From positions 124,001-188,000 of IMG/VR virus record IMGVR_UViG_3300024054_000362: a stretch of 64,000 nt of DNA. One strand, given 5' to 3'. The translations under genes were made by a program, and so were the position numbers. Shown here in pieces: positions 9,624-19,129 of this stretch. A model generated the notes under the pieces. It ran no database searches and had not been told where the DNA came from. It was given only the letters and a program-made list of their open reading frames with translations. Position 1 is the first letter of the stretch; each line of letters opens with the position of its first letter.

Positions 9624-10175
9624 TCAGCGTGCGAGCGCGTGCGCACACCAGAACGCGTCGGCCGCTTCACGCTTCTTGCGGAGCGCGACGATCTTTCCGT
9701 AGACCTCGGGATCGAGTCGCGCGCGTTCGTTTTCGTCGGAGAGGCCCATGCCGGGATCGGGCTCGCCACGCATCGAACGTTCGCGACGCAGCTTCTCGAC
9801 AGCTTCGAGCTGCTGACGAACGTCGCCCGGCTCCTGTGGCGCCAACGGACCGCCGTACACCGTGTAGACGATGCACGCGTGCCCGTCGTGCGGACCCGCG
9901 ATCACCGTCAACGTCCGAACCTGGCGCACCGGCCACTCGACGAGCCGTGACTTCCACGTCCGCGCGCCTCGCGGCGCGGCTACCACACTGGCGTCGTCGA
10001 CGGGCGCATCGCCCATGATCGGGCCGTAGAGGCCGCACGGGACGGTGCCCAGCTCCTCGGGCAGTTCGATCGTTTCGACGAAGAACGCGTCGCGATCCGC
10101 GAAGCGCTTCATCACGTGTTCGATCTGTGCCTCAGTGAGACCATGATCGAAGTGACTTTCCTTGTGCCTCTTCAC
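9624..10175 (-). CDS. hypothetical phage protein
   Basis: GTG 10175 overlaps the upstream TGA; coding-like composition. Confidence 0.65.
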   Translation of the reverse strand: MKRHKESHFDHGLTEAQIEHVMKRFADRDAFFVETIELPEELGTVPCGLYGPIMGDAPVDDASVVAAPRGARTWKSRLVEWPVRQVRTLTVIAGPHDGHACIVYTVYGGPLAPQEPGDVRQQLEAVEKLRRERSMRGEPDPGMGLSDENERARLDPEVYGKIVALRKKREAADAFWCAHALAR

Positions 10176-10522
10176 TGCTCTTCTACTCCTTCCTCGTCGG
10201 ACGCGACGAGCCGTTGTTCGTAGGTCGCGCGCAGTAGCTCTTCCGGCGCGGCGAGAACGAGCCATCCACCGGGCTGCGCGCGATGTTGATCGAGCCACTG
10301 CTCGTAGCTCTCAGACGTCGTGCTCGACGACTTCTGACAGTTCACGATTTGAAAACGCGTCCGCTTGAACGCGCGCATCGTCGAACCACATTGGCAGCGC
10401 GGGGTCCCGTCCGAGTCGAAGCTCGCGACGATCTGACCGCGGCGCCAGTTGCGACCCTCACGGAAGCCGCACCCGCCGGCCGGGGCTTCACAGATCGCGA
10501 GCTGTTTTCCGATTTTCGACAT
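10172..10522 (-). CDS. zinc-ribbon protein
   Basis: CEAPAGGC...CQCG motifs. Confidence 0.6.
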   Translation of the reverse strand: MSKIGKQLAICEAPAGGCGFREGRNWRRGQIVASFDSDGTPRCQCGSTMRAFKRTRFQIVNCQKSSSTTSESYEQWLDQHRAQPGGWLVLAAPEELLRATYEQRLVASDEEGVEEQ

Positions 10523-10603
10523 CCGTCCCTTTCAAAGGACCAGACGCCGCGCAGCTCAGGATCTGACAGGTCGACCGCCCGTTCCCGACGAATCTCGGGT
10601 AAG

Positions 10604-10740
10604 TTATTGCAAAGCGAGAGCTTTTTTACATCGCGACGAGTCCTACCGTTTGGATCATCCCGACCAGTCGCCCCAGGGATCGCATCTTTTTTCGCTGGCC
10701 GTGCTCCTATTTGCGAAATAGCTCTCGCTTTGTCGAATAA
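10604..10740. promoter_or_regulatory. divergent pair of CTCTCGCTTTG elements (10604-10626 minus; 10711-10740 plus)
   Basis: TTGCGA-AATAGCTCTCGCTTTGT-CGAATAA on plus and AAAAGCTCTCGCTTTGC-AATAAC on minus. Confidence 0.6.
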
Positions 10741-10794
10741 GGTCGTTTAGTCTGACGTCTGTATCCACGAACCAAGCAAGCAGGGAGCAGAGAG

Positions 10795-11007
10795 ATGACC
10801 CAGGAGAACATCCGTTACCGCCGTGACGTCGCGATCCAGGCCTACCTCAAGGCGCGCAAGGGCAAGCGCCGCTCGCGTCACCTGCTGCAGCCGGTGCAGG
10901 TGTACGTCTCGATGCTGCGAGAGGCACGCTCGACGCGGGTCATGACCCGAGAGCAGTTGGTGCAGCAGGAGGTCTCGGCGTACTTCGCCGGTCAGCGCGC
11001 GGCTTGA
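10795..11007 (+). CDS. hypothetical basic protein
   Basis: First ORF after the early motif. Confidence 0.55.
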   Translation: MTQENIRYRRDVAIQAYLKARKGKRRSRHLLQPVQVYVSMLREARSTRVMTREQLVQQEVSAYFAGQRAA

Positions 11008-11041
11008 GATGGAACGCCCGCGGGTGCACAACCCGCACGAT

Positions 11042-11108
11042 GGCTCTGCCGAGCACGGTGCCGGCCGAGGTTTGAATCCCAGTGGTGGTTCGATCCCACC
11101 CAGAGCCA
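11042..11108 (+). tRNA. atypical tRNA-like RNA (perfect acceptor stem and T arm; non-canonical D and anticodon arms)
   Basis: GGCTCTG/CAGAGCC 7-bp stem + discriminator A; GGTGG-TTCGATC-CCACC T arm; only 35 nt between them; weak anticodon stem around TTTGAAT; no encoded CCA. Confidence 0.5.
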
Positions 11109-11198
11109 CGAAGTGTCCGGTCTACGGGAAGTACCCCATGGGGCAACTGGGCTGTTAGGTCCGGCCGGACGCTGCCTGATTTCGACGAGGAGCATCAC

Positions 11199-11408
11199 GT
11201 GAAGAAGACCTGGTTGTTCAACTGGATCGGCGGTGGCTACAACACCGTCTCCGCCGAGACGCGCGATGAAGCGCTGCGACTGGCGCGCAAGAAGGGCGCG
11301 CCGTCGAGCACCTTCAAGGGTCTCACCGTCGACGAGAGCACGCTCCACGTCGCGACGCCCGCCGAGATCTCCAAGTGGGATCGTTGGGGCGCGAGCATGT
11401 TCAACTGA
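11199..11408 (+). CDS. hypothetical protein
   Basis: GAGGAG RBS before GTG 11199. Confidence 0.65.
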   Translation: MKKTWLFNWIGGGYNTVSAETRDEALRLARKKGAPSSTFKGLTVDESTLHVATPAEISKWDRWGASMFN

Positions 11409-11421
11409 GGAGTCGCACATC

Positions 11422-11895
11422 ATGACGATCCACAAGCAACCCGAAGACATCGCCGACGAGGCCGCCAGGGCCAGTTGGGACGGTGATCATCGTGGCGCTG
11501 AGAGGCTGTACTTGTTGGCCGCCGCACGCGGCGCGGCGTACACGAACCAGCCGACGAGACAGAAGAAGGTCGCGCAGTGGGACAAGGCCGCTTCGCGTGA
11601 GCGTCGTCTCGCTGAGCTGACTAAGGGCTCGGGCGGCGGTAACGGTTCGACGCCGACACAGAAGCCGCTGCCCGACTGGGCGTCTGGGAGCGACGGGCTC
11701 ACTTTCGTGGATCATCCGAAGCTCGCGGACGGACACAAGCACAGCGAGCCGCACACGGTGAGCGATCGTCCGTTCACCGTCGAGAGCGCCTACGCCGACA
11801 TTGCGGCCATTCTCGGGAACGTCGAGCGTGTGTTCGGTCGCCCGGCGTCCCACGAGATCGTCAAAACACTTCACCGCGAACGCGAGGAGTCATGA
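11422..11895 (+). CDS. hypothetical protein
   Basis: GAGGAG RBS; operon packing. Confidence 0.6.
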   Translation: MTIHKQPEDIADEAARASWDGDHRGAERLYLLAAARGAAYTNQPTRQKKVAQWDKAASRERRLAELTKGSGGGNGSTPTQKPLPDWASGSDGLTFVDHPKLADGHKHSEPHTVSDRPFTVESAYADIAAILGNVERVFGRPASHEIVKTLHREREES

Positions 11896-12320
11896 CCAAG
11901 CTCAACGCCACCAAGATCGTGTTCGAACGCGCCGAAGGCCGCGTTGAGGAGTGCACGAGGCACGTCTTCGAGGGTCCGACGTGCTGGGACGATGTCGAGG
12001 CGCACATCCGCAAGGCGCGCATGACCGCACCGGCGACGGGCGGCTACGACAAGTGCGACGTCGAGATCACGTGGGAGCCGGACGCGACGGGCGACCCGCT
12101 CACGTACACGCTGCGCTACGACATGGTGCACCCGGATCGCACCGGTGTCTTCGACACGCTCGCGAAGCACGTCCGCAGCAGCTGGCTGTTCTACTCGATG
12201 CGCGAGACGCCGGTGCACCTCACGCGTGAGCGACACGCGGCGGTGCTCAAGAGCATGGGCGCCGACACGGCCGAATGGGGTCGGCTGATCGACAACTACA
12301 CGGTGCCGGGGCTGTCGTGA
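11892..12320 (+). CDS. hypothetical phage protein
   Basis: ATGA overlap; TGGYDKCDVEITW motif. Confidence 0.65.
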   Translation: MTKLNATKIVFERAEGRVEECTRHVFEGPTCWDDVEAHIRKARMTAPATGGYDKCDVEITWEPDATGDPLTYTLRYDMVHPDRTGVFDTLAKHVRSSWLFYSMRETPVHLTRERHAAVLKSMGADTAEWGRLIDNYTVPGLS

Positions 12321-12529
12321 CCAAGCGTCCTCGCAGCCTCTATCACAAGGCGATCGTAGCGGCGACGAGCTGCTCCGACGATGAAGTCCCGTACATCGAG
12401 GCTTTGATGCGAGATGCACACGGCGGCACGCTCGATCACCTGACGTCGGTTCGGTTCAACGTCGCCGCGAGGACAGCCCACAAGGCGTATCCGGCGATGA
12501 AAGCGGCAGATCCGGACTGGGTGCCGTGA
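12317..12529 (+). CDS. hypothetical protein
   Basis: GTGA overlap. Confidence 0.55.
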   Translation: MTKRPRSLYHKAIVAATSCSDDEVPYIEALMRDAHGGTLDHLTSVRFNVAARTAHKAYPAMKAADPDWVP

Positions 12530-12759
12530 CGGATTTGTTTCACGGAAAAACGCCGACGGATCGCGAGATTGCGATCGCGCTGATCAGTGAAGCGCGCAAC
12601 GCGCTCCTGCCCGCGCAGTATCGACTCAAGCAGTCAGCCGCCGCGACGCTACAGGCGAGACGCGAACCGGACAGTCGCGTCGCGTTGGCGTTGGTAGAGA
12701 TCCAACGCGTCCTCGACTTCGCCACTGAGTGCGCCGAACACCTAAACAAAGGCGGATGA
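12526..12759 (+). CDS. hypothetical protein
   Basis: GTGA overlap. Confidence 0.55.
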   Translation: MTDLFHGKTPTDREIAIALISEARNALLPAQYRLKQSAAATLQARREPDSRVALALVEIQRVLDFATECAEHLNKGG

Positions 12760-12998
12760 CCATGGCCTGCTTCTGCTTTCAGAATCCGAACGACGGTTAC
12801 CCGATGGTTCTCATCGAACGACACGGTGATAGCGAACCCGTCGTCGAGCCCGCCGATGTCGATGCGTGCGACCCACAGCCGAGCGAGAACACCCTCAAGG
12901 ACGCCAAGAACATGACCCGCGCGGTGCGCGGCTTGAAGCTTCGTGACGCCGCCAAGCTGCTCAAGCGCGAATTCGGCGCGGCCGACATCTTCGACTGA
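12756..12998 (+). CDS. hypothetical protein
   Basis: ATGA overlap. Confidence 0.55.
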   Translation: MTMACFCFQNPNDGYPMVLIERHGDSEPVVEPADVDACDPQPSENTLKDAKNMTRAVRGLKLRDAAKLLKREFGAADIFD

Positions 12999-13006
12999 GC
13001 CGTGCG

Positions 13007-13309
13007 ATGACCAGCAAGAAGATCATCTCGGACGCCGAATTTGGGGCTTGGTGCGAGCGCAACAAGCCTTGCCGCTACTGCCAGACCTGGTTCGTCGGGC
13101 CTAAATGTCCCTCGTGCGAAGGCCCCAAGGCCCCGGCGATGTTCAAGCCCCTACCGGCTCTGCCGATCCCGGGAGCGATCGACCAACCCCGTAAGTCCGC
13201 GAAACCCCAAGGGAACCCTTCAGCCTCCAAACCCGGACCGATCCCGGCAGCGATCAAATCGCAAGTTACTCTCGCTTTGTCGAATAAACGGCGCCGCCCG
13301 CGCGTCTGA
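13007..13309 (+). CDS. hypothetical Zn-ribbon/Pro-rich protein
   Basis: CRYC...CPSC; contains an early motif at 13263-13287. Confidence 0.5.
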   Translation: MTSKKIISDAEFGAWCERNKPCRYCQTWFVGPKCPSCEGPKAPAMFKPLPALPIPGAIDQPRKSAKPQGNPSASKPGPIPAAIKSQVTLALSNKRRRPRV

Positions 13310-13354
13310 CTCAACGAAGCGCGAGACACGAGACGATTCTAAACTGTCTGACGT

Positions 13355-13987
13355 ATGATTCTGAACATGAGCAACCTCAAGGGCTACCAAGTGCGCCTCG
13401 CGTCCGATCAGAAGGACGAGATCCGTGCTCTGTATCTCGGCGGAACGCCGTATCAGAAGATCATCAAGCAGTTCAAGTGCAGCCCGAGCAGCTTCTGGAA
13501 CGTGGTTCGCGGTCTCCAGTTGCAGGTGCGCGACGAGAAGTTTCAACAGGGCGTCGTACAGATGCAGGCGCTCGCCGACGCACAGAAAGGCTGGATCGCC
13601 GGGATCGTTGACGGCGAAGGCTACGTTGGGCTTGTCGAGAACGCGACGCCGAACCGCGCAACGTCGCTGACGCCTCGGATCGATGTACACAGTGCGACGA
13701 GGTGTATGCAATTAGAGCTGCGACGCCTAACAGGCATCGGCTATATCGGCCGTAAGCAGCGACCTGAAAACCAACGAGACGTCTTCGGTTGGTCGCTGTG
13801 GGCTGTCGAAACAGTTGGACCGTTCCTTGAAGTCATCACCCCGTATCTGATCGTCAAGCGACGCGTGGCGCACGTCGTTTTGGAGTTCTGTTCGCGCCGC
13901 CGCGCGTTGCGCGGCCAACCGTACGACGCTCGCGACTGGCACGCTCTCAAGCGTGTTCGTGAGCTGAACAAGCGAGGTCGATCGTGA
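13355..13987 (+). CDS. LAGLIDADG homing endonuclease with N-terminal HTH
   Basis: GWIAGIVDGEGYV...FLEVITPYLIVKR. Confidence 0.85.
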   Translation: MILNMSNLKGYQVRLASDQKDEIRALYLGGTPYQKIIKQFKCSPSSFWNVVRGLQLQVRDEKFQQGVVQMQALADAQKGWIAGIVDGEGYVGLVENATPNRATSLTPRIDVHSATRCMQLELRRLTGIGYIGRKQRPENQRDVFGWSLWAVETVGPFLEVITPYLIVKRRVAHVVLEFCSRRRALRGQPYDARDWHALKRVRELNKRGRS

Positions 13988-15291
13988 GCAAAATCGAGCT
14001 TTCCATCAAAGTGGACTACCTTCCTGAATGGGGGGCATGGCAGGGAATTCGCGAGCTGATTCAGAACGGCAAGGATGCGGAGACGGAGTTCAACGCTCCG
14101 CTCGACGTCTCGTTCCACAACGGCACGCTCCGCATCGAGAACGACGGTGCGGAGATGCCGCGCGAGTCGCTGCTCTTCGGCGCCACGACCAAGGCGGACC
14201 GCAAGGACATGATCGGCAAGTTCGGCGAGGGGCTCAAGCTCGGCACGCTGGCGCTGGTCCGCAACGGTCACGAGGTCAAGATCCGGACGGGCAACGAGGT
14301 CTGGACGGCTTTCATCGAGCGCAGCGAGAAGTACGACGCGGATGTCCTCAAGTTCGACTGCGTCGGTGGTCGCGAGCCCAAGAAGCGTGTTCGCGTCGAG
14401 ATCGGGAACGTCTCCGAGGAGGTCTGGAACGAGCTGCGCGAGCGTTTCCTGTTCCTCGCCAAGTTCAAGAAGGACGAGCGGGTCAAGACGGGTCGCGGCG
14501 ATCTCCTCATCGGCGATCGGTTCCGCGGGCGCATCTACGTCAAGGGCATTTTCGTTCAGACCGACAAGCGCCTCAACTACGGCTACAATTTCTACGACGC
14601 CACGGTCGATCGCGACCGCAAGATGGTCTCCTCGTGGGAGTTGGAGTACAAGACCAGTGCGATCTGGGGTGAGGCAGCGGAGGCGCGTCCCGATCTCCTC
14701 AAGGCGTACTTCCAGCTGATCTCCGACGGTGACGCCGACATCAGGTCGGAAGCCGTCTACGCCCCCAAGAAGGTTCGCGAGGCGGTCGCGACCAAGTTCG
14801 TGAAGCAGTTCGGCAAGGACGTCGTGCCTGTCGCGAATCTGGCCGAGTCGCACGAGGTCGAACACCTCGGCAAGCGCGGTGTTGTCGTCAACAAGAGCCT
14901 TGCCTCGATCCTCGCCGACACGCTCGGTACGAAGGACACGATCATGAAGGCGATGCGCGAGGAGGTCACGCGCAAGCTCGCCTGGGGTGATCTCGACGAG
15001 ACGCAGCGCACGAACCTGTTCGATGCGCTCACGATCACCGGCGCGGTCCGTCCCGAGTGCACGCTCGATCTCGTCGACGTCGTCGACTTCCGCTCAGAGA
15101 CGCTGCTCGGTCAGTTCAAGGACGGCCGCATCCTGCTCGCGGCGCGCATCCTGACCGACCGCGACGAAACGCTCGCCACGCTCGTGCACGAGTACTCGCA
15201 CAAGGTGGGCGGCGACGGCGAGAAGGACCACGTCATGGCGATCGAGAACCTCTGGCGCGACATCGTGAAGCACCTGCGCAAGGGTGCCTGA
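13984..15291 (+). CDS. GHKL-type ATPase with C-terminal HExxH motif
   Basis: RELIQNGKDA (N box), IENDG (G1), GKFGEGLKLG (G2); LVHEYSH near the C-terminus. Confidence 0.8.
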   Translation: MSKIELSIKVDYLPEWGAWQGIRELIQNGKDAETEFNAPLDVSFHNGTLRIENDGAEMPRESLLFGATTKADRKDMIGKFGEGLKLGTLALVRNGHEVKIRTGNEVWTAFIERSEKYDADVLKFDCVGGREPKKRVRVEIGNVSEEVWNELRERFLFLAKFKKDERVKTGRGDLLIGDRFRGRIYVKGIFVQTDKRLNYGYNFYDATVDRDRKMVSSWELEYKTSAIWGEAAEARPDLLKAYFQLISDGDADIRSEAVYAPKKVREAVATKFVKQFGKDVVPVANLAESHEVEHLGKRGVVVNKSLASILADTLGTKDTIMKAMREEVTRKLAWGDLDETQRTNLFDALTITGAVRPECTLDLVDVVDFRSETLLGQFKDGRILLAARILTDRDETLATLVHEYSHKVGGDGEKDHVMAIENLWRDIVKHLRKGA

Positions 15292-15520
15292 TGCGAACCT
15301 GGGCGGAACTACAGACGCGCCTTGCGGTCTTTGGGACGAGACGCACCCGACGAACGTCCGGTGGAAGCAGCGCGACATGGATGGCCGTGAGTGCGATCGC
15401 AAGCGGCTCGAAGAACGTGCGGCGCTCGAAGCCGAAGTGCTCGAAGAAGAGGCGCGCGAAGCCAAGTGTGATGTCGCGAAGCGCGCACAAGAGGCGCGTA
15501 GGAACGAGGTGAGGTCATGA
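15284..15520 (+). CDS. hypothetical protein
   Basis: Overlaps both neighbours; charged helical tail. Confidence 0.5.
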   Translation: MPDANLGGTTDAPCGLWDETHPTNVRWKQRDMDGRECDRKRLEERAALEAEVLEEEAREAKCDVAKRAQEARRNEVRS

Positions 15521-15819
15521 AGCCTGCAACGGTACATGCGACGTTCAAGACGCCGAACGGCGAGATTACGGCGCGTGCACACTGGATCATCGAACGTCGC
15601 GGCGACGTTCCGGTGGCACGGTCATCTGCGATCGCACACATGACCGATGTACACGTTCACGGCGACTGGACGGTGATTCTCGCGTCGACGGATGAGCGCA
15701 TCGAATGGCGCCACGAGGGCGCCATCGTCGGCGCACCGTTCGATCACCAACTGCCGTCAGAGCTGCGCACGGAGTTGCTCAGGACCGCGCGCGTGATGCT
15801 CGCATGGTGGACGTCGTGA
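15517..15819 (+). CDS. hypothetical protein (tandem paralog of 15816-16136)
   Basis: TVHATF..GEITAR / LPSELRTELLRTARVMLAWW. Confidence 0.6.
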   Translation: MKPATVHATFKTPNGEITARAHWIIERRGDVPVARSSAIAHMTDVHVHGDWTVILASTDERIEWRHEGAIVGAPFDHQLPSELRTELLRTARVMLAWWTS

Positions 15820-16136
15820 GCACGGTCATCGTCAAGGCAACGTTTTGGGTGTTGGCGGTCGGCGAAATCGACGCACGCGTGACACGCACCGACGACGGTG
15901 TTTGGATCTCTGCGTACTGTCTCGGCGACGGCAGCCCCGGAACGCACGACTATCAAGACTGGAGCCTCTTGCGGAAGGTGGGGCCGAACGATCGCGATCT
16001 TCCGCCCGACGAGCTGGCCGAATGGACGCTCGGAGGAGAAAAGTTTCAGTGGACGCCGTCCGAGGACGATCTTCCTCGCAACGTTCAGAACGCACTCATC
16101 AACGCCGCGCGCGCCATGCTCGCGTGGGTTTCCTAA
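15816..16136 (+). CDS. hypothetical protein (tandem paralog of 15517-15819)
   Basis: VKATF..GEIDAR / LPRNVQNALINAARAMLAWV. Confidence 0.6.
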   Translation: MSTVIVKATFWVLAVGEIDARVTRTDDGVWISAYCLGDGSPGTHDYQDWSLLRKVGPNDRDLPPDELAEWTLGGEKFQWTPSEDDLPRNVQNALINAARAMLAWVS

Positions 16137-16163
16137 ACGAATCGAGCAAGGGGTAGACGAGTC

Positions 16164-17219
16164 ATGGTCGATAAGAAGTCGAAGAAGAGCGACAAGCGTG
16201 GGCGCACCGAAGCGTCGCGCGGCAACCTGTGGGGCTTCGATCCGAACGCCCTCTGTATCATCGGCGGCCAGAAGATCCGCAACAAGGACGAGATCGGTCC
16301 CCTCGACACCGACGACGGTGAAGAGCACGACCACTGGGACGAGCGTCTACTGACGCCGATCACCGAGGAGGAGATCGCGCACGCCGACGCGTTTGGAATC
16401 GACGGCGTCGCGTACATCGCCAAGAAGAACGGGATCGACGTCGTCGTCGCCGGCCGCCGCAAGACGCGCGTGGGTCGCCTCGTCAACAAGCGTCGCAAGG
16501 AACGTGGCGGAGATCCGCTCGTCATCGACTGCAAGGTCGTGCGCGGCTCCGATCTCGATCTCATGGGCAAGGCTGTCAGCGAGAACGAGATGCGCGTCAA
16601 CGACGGCGTCTTGGTCAAGATCGCAAAGGCCAAGCGCCTCAAGAACAAGGGCCTCTCCGACGAGAAGATCGCGCTGCGCTTCGGCATCAAGCGTCCCGTG
16701 CTCGACGGCTGGTGGAAGTTCGACGATCAGGCGATCGACGAGACCAAGCGCGCGGCCGAGATGGATCGCTTGTCGCCGACGGCGGCAGCCCGTATCGCGT
16801 CCATCAAGGATCCCGTCGCGCAGAAGAAGGCGCTCGACGAAACGCTCGCCTTCGAGGGCAAGGCGTCGTCACGTACGGCGCGTGTCATCGCCGGCAAGCA
16901 CGGTTCGGGCGGGATCGTCGGGATCACCGACAAGAAGACGCAGCGCCGCCTGATCTCGTACATCGAGGAGACCCCGGAGCGCTCGAACACGAGCGAGGAA
17001 ACGATCGCGCGGCGTGAGGGTATGATCGCGGCCCTGAAGGCGGTCGTCGGCGACGAGATCAACGATCCGTGGCTCTCCAAGAAGATCGACGAAGTCTACG
17101 GCCTCATGAAGACCGAGGCGCGTGCGAAGCGTCTGGAGAAGGTCCAGAAGCAGGCGAAGAAGGCGAAGAAGGCGAAGGCGGAGGCGGAAGCCGCCGAAGT
17201 CGAGGTCGAGGTCGAGTAG
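16164..17219 (+). CDS. ParB/Spo0J-like protein
   Basis: VVVAGRRK (GxRR-like), SENEMR, HTH (GLSDEKIALRFGIKRPVL), Lys/Ala/Glu-rich tail. Confidence 0.65.
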   Translation: MVDKKSKKSDKRGRTEASRGNLWGFDPNALCIIGGQKIRNKDEIGPLDTDDGEEHDHWDERLLTPITEEEIAHADAFGIDGVAYIAKKNGIDVVVAGRRKTRVGRLVNKRRKERGGDPLVIDCKVVRGSDLDLMGKAVSENEMRVNDGVLVKIAKAKRLKNKGLSDEKIALRFGIKRPVLDGWWKFDDQAIDETKRAAEMDRLSPTAAARIASIKDPVAQKKALDETLAFEGKASSRTARVIAGKHGSGGIVGITDKKTQRRLISYIEETPERSNTSEETIARREGMIAALKAVVGDEINDPWLSKKIDEVYGLMKTEARAKRLEKVQKQAKKAKKAKAEAEAAEVEVEVE

Positions 17220-17222
17220 ACC

Positions 17223-17645
17223 ATGCCGTCGATTCGCAAAGACAGCGGCTGGGTGAAGGTCCCGCGCGATCCCGCGGTGTCCGTCGACCCCGACCGGCTC
17301 GGCGTCGAGAACTACGTACGCACGGTTCAGTTCGGGACCTCGTTGAACCAGGCGCAGTTCGAAGCGTTCCGACGTCAGCTGGAAGAGAACAGCTCCTGCC
17401 CTGGGCTCCGCGTCGACGGTGAGCTGATGTTCGGCACCAACTCCACACCGGCCGAGTATCGCTTCGTCACCGTCTACAGTCCTGCACGGCATCCGTCGAT
17501 GCTGCACCTCACGGCGGTAACGCCATCGGGCATGAGTCTTCTCTTCGGCTCGCCTGAAGCAGAGAAGTTGCACGACAAGTTCATCGCCAAGGGATGCCAT
17601 CCCGACGAGTTCGTCGAACAGCTTCACAAGTTCGTGGCGGCATGA
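17223..17645 (+). CDS. hypothetical protein
   Basis: Operon packing. Confidence 0.6.
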   Translation: MPSIRKDSGWVKVPRDPAVSVDPDRLGVENYVRTVQFGTSLNQAQFEAFRRQLEENSSCPGLRVDGELMFGTNSTPAEYRFVTVYSPARHPSMLHLTAVTPSGMSLLFGSPEAEKLHDKFIAKGCHPDEFVEQLHKFVAA

Positions 17646-18259
17646 AGCGTACGTCGATCTGGATCGTCGAGCCGAACCGAATCGACAACCTATCGGAACG
17701 GGTCGACTTCGACGAGAACGATGCCCACGAATGGGCGCGGTACGCGATCAAACAAAGCGCGTGGCAGGTTGCGTGCGAGATCGGACCGTCATCCCAAAAA
17801 CCCGTCTGGACCGGACTGTTTCGAACCGAGGTCGCCATGGTGATCGCGTCGCCAGACGGTCGCGCTGCTGTGTGGTACGGCGTCACGTTAGGCGGTGCCA
17901 CGCAGCCACATGCCGCGCGTGAAGTTACCTATGTTGAAGCCGCATTCGCAGCGACGCGCTCGGAAGCAGCATCGCGCTTCTTCGACAGTAAGACCACGCG
18001 AGGCGGCGATCGCGACGTCTCGCCGCTCGCACTCGCCGCGTGTCGCGTCCTCCACGCGAAGGCGTTCGCCTACGAGCCGGCACAACGCGATCTGTTGCTG
18101 GCCGAGTTCGCCGTTCTCATGGGGCCGCGCCGGCCCGACACCACCCATCTTGTTCGCGCCGACAACACGACGCTCGAAGCAGCGTCCGCGCTCGTCACCA
18201 TCAACCAGTACGCCGCCGCGCGGCGACTACTCGCTGGCAAGGGAGTCCACGCACCGTGA
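17642..18259 (+). CDS. hypothetical protein
   Basis: ATGA overlap. Confidence 0.6.
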   Translation: MKRTSIWIVEPNRIDNLSERVDFDENDAHEWARYAIKQSAWQVACEIGPSSQKPVWTGLFRTEVAMVIASPDGRAAVWYGVTLGGATQPHAAREVTYVEAAFAATRSEAASRFFDSKTTRGGDRDVSPLALAACRVLHAKAFAYEPAQRDLLLAEFAVLMGPRRPDTTHLVRADNTTLEAASALVTINQYAAARRLLAGKGVHAP

Positions 18260-18546
18260 GGATCACGATTCTGAAGTACGACCACCGTCACGGCTGTGAC
18301 CTCAGCGCGTTCGCGGACTACGAGCTGGCGAACCTTGCACGCGCCGAGATCTGTGCGAACGGCATCGACGAACGCGTCTACGTGCCGACGCCGATGATCG
18401 ACGAGGATCCCACGATCACGGTCAGCGAACGCGTGAAGCAGCTCTTCGAGGCAGGCGACTACGACGAGTGCGTCCGCGTCTACCTCCACTACAACCAAGA
18501 CGAGTCGTTCTCCCTCGAAGAGGTCGACGTGCAGGGGCTCCAGTGA
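18256..18546 (+). CDS. hypothetical acidic protein
   Basis: GTGA overlap. Confidence 0.6.
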   Translation: MRITILKYDHRHGCDLSAFADYELANLARAEICANGIDERVYVPTPMIDEDPTITVSERVKQLFEAGDYDECVRVYLHYNQDESFSLEEVDVQGLQ

Positions 18547-19100
18547 GAGATCCCAACCACATCCGTCTCGATCGCTTCGCCGTCGGCAACGGCGGCTTTA
18601 CCAGCGCCTCGACGGCACTCATCGCCGAAGAGGGCAGCCAAGCGATCAACTGGGGCAACGCGAGTCATCGAGGTGACCTGAGCCCGATCGTGACGGTCAA
18701 GATCGGCTTCTTGTCCGTCACCGTCGACGAGGACGTCGTCGGTCGCGACAAGCTCTGCGCGCTGCGAGACAGCTACCACTTCAAGGCCCGCGAACGACGC
18801 GAGAAGTTGCACGCTGCAATGCAAACATCGGCGACGAATCGTTTCGAGGCCGCCGTCGCGGCAGTACTTGCCGGTCAGTACGTCGTGGCGTGCGAGACGA
18901 ATCCATCCGTCGTGTTCAACATGGTCGTCGTGATCGTTCTGCGTGAATTCGCGCAGCAGCTCACGCCCGAACACATCGTCGACATCTTGAAGGCCGCGGA
19001 GTCGGCAGGTGCCGACTGTCGTCGTGAAGGCTACGCGAAGGCCAAGGAAGAGCTGCGACGCTGGTTGCACGACGACTTCGGCGGCGTCTGGTCCGCTTGA
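18543..19100 (+). CDS. hypothetical protein
   Basis: GTGA overlap. Confidence 0.6.
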   Translation: MRDPNHIRLDRFAVGNGGFTSASTALIAEEGSQAINWGNASHRGDLSPIVTVKIGFLSVTVDEDVVGRDKLCALRDSYHFKARERREKLHAAMQTSATNRFEAAVAAVLAGQYVVACETNPSVVFNMVVVIVLREFAQQLTPEHIVDILKAAESAGADCRREGYAKAKEELRRWLHDDFGGVWSA

Positions 19101-19125
19101 CAAGTTACTCTCGCTTTGTTACAAC
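19097..19125 (+). promoter_or_regulatory. sigma70-like promoter TTGACA-17-TACAAC whose spacer is the AGTTACTCTCGCTTTGT motif
   Basis: Exact -35 box, 17-nt spacer, ATG at 19130. Confidence 0.7.
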
Positions 19126-19129
19126 CGAT

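Noticed and set aside
13741-14865. Long antisense or overlapping ORFs (also 3662-4930, 20590-21768, 25141-26394, 43361-44488, 52360-53382, 61746-62897)
   Set aside because: Shadow frames of GC3-rich real genes; no motifs, RBS or operon logic.
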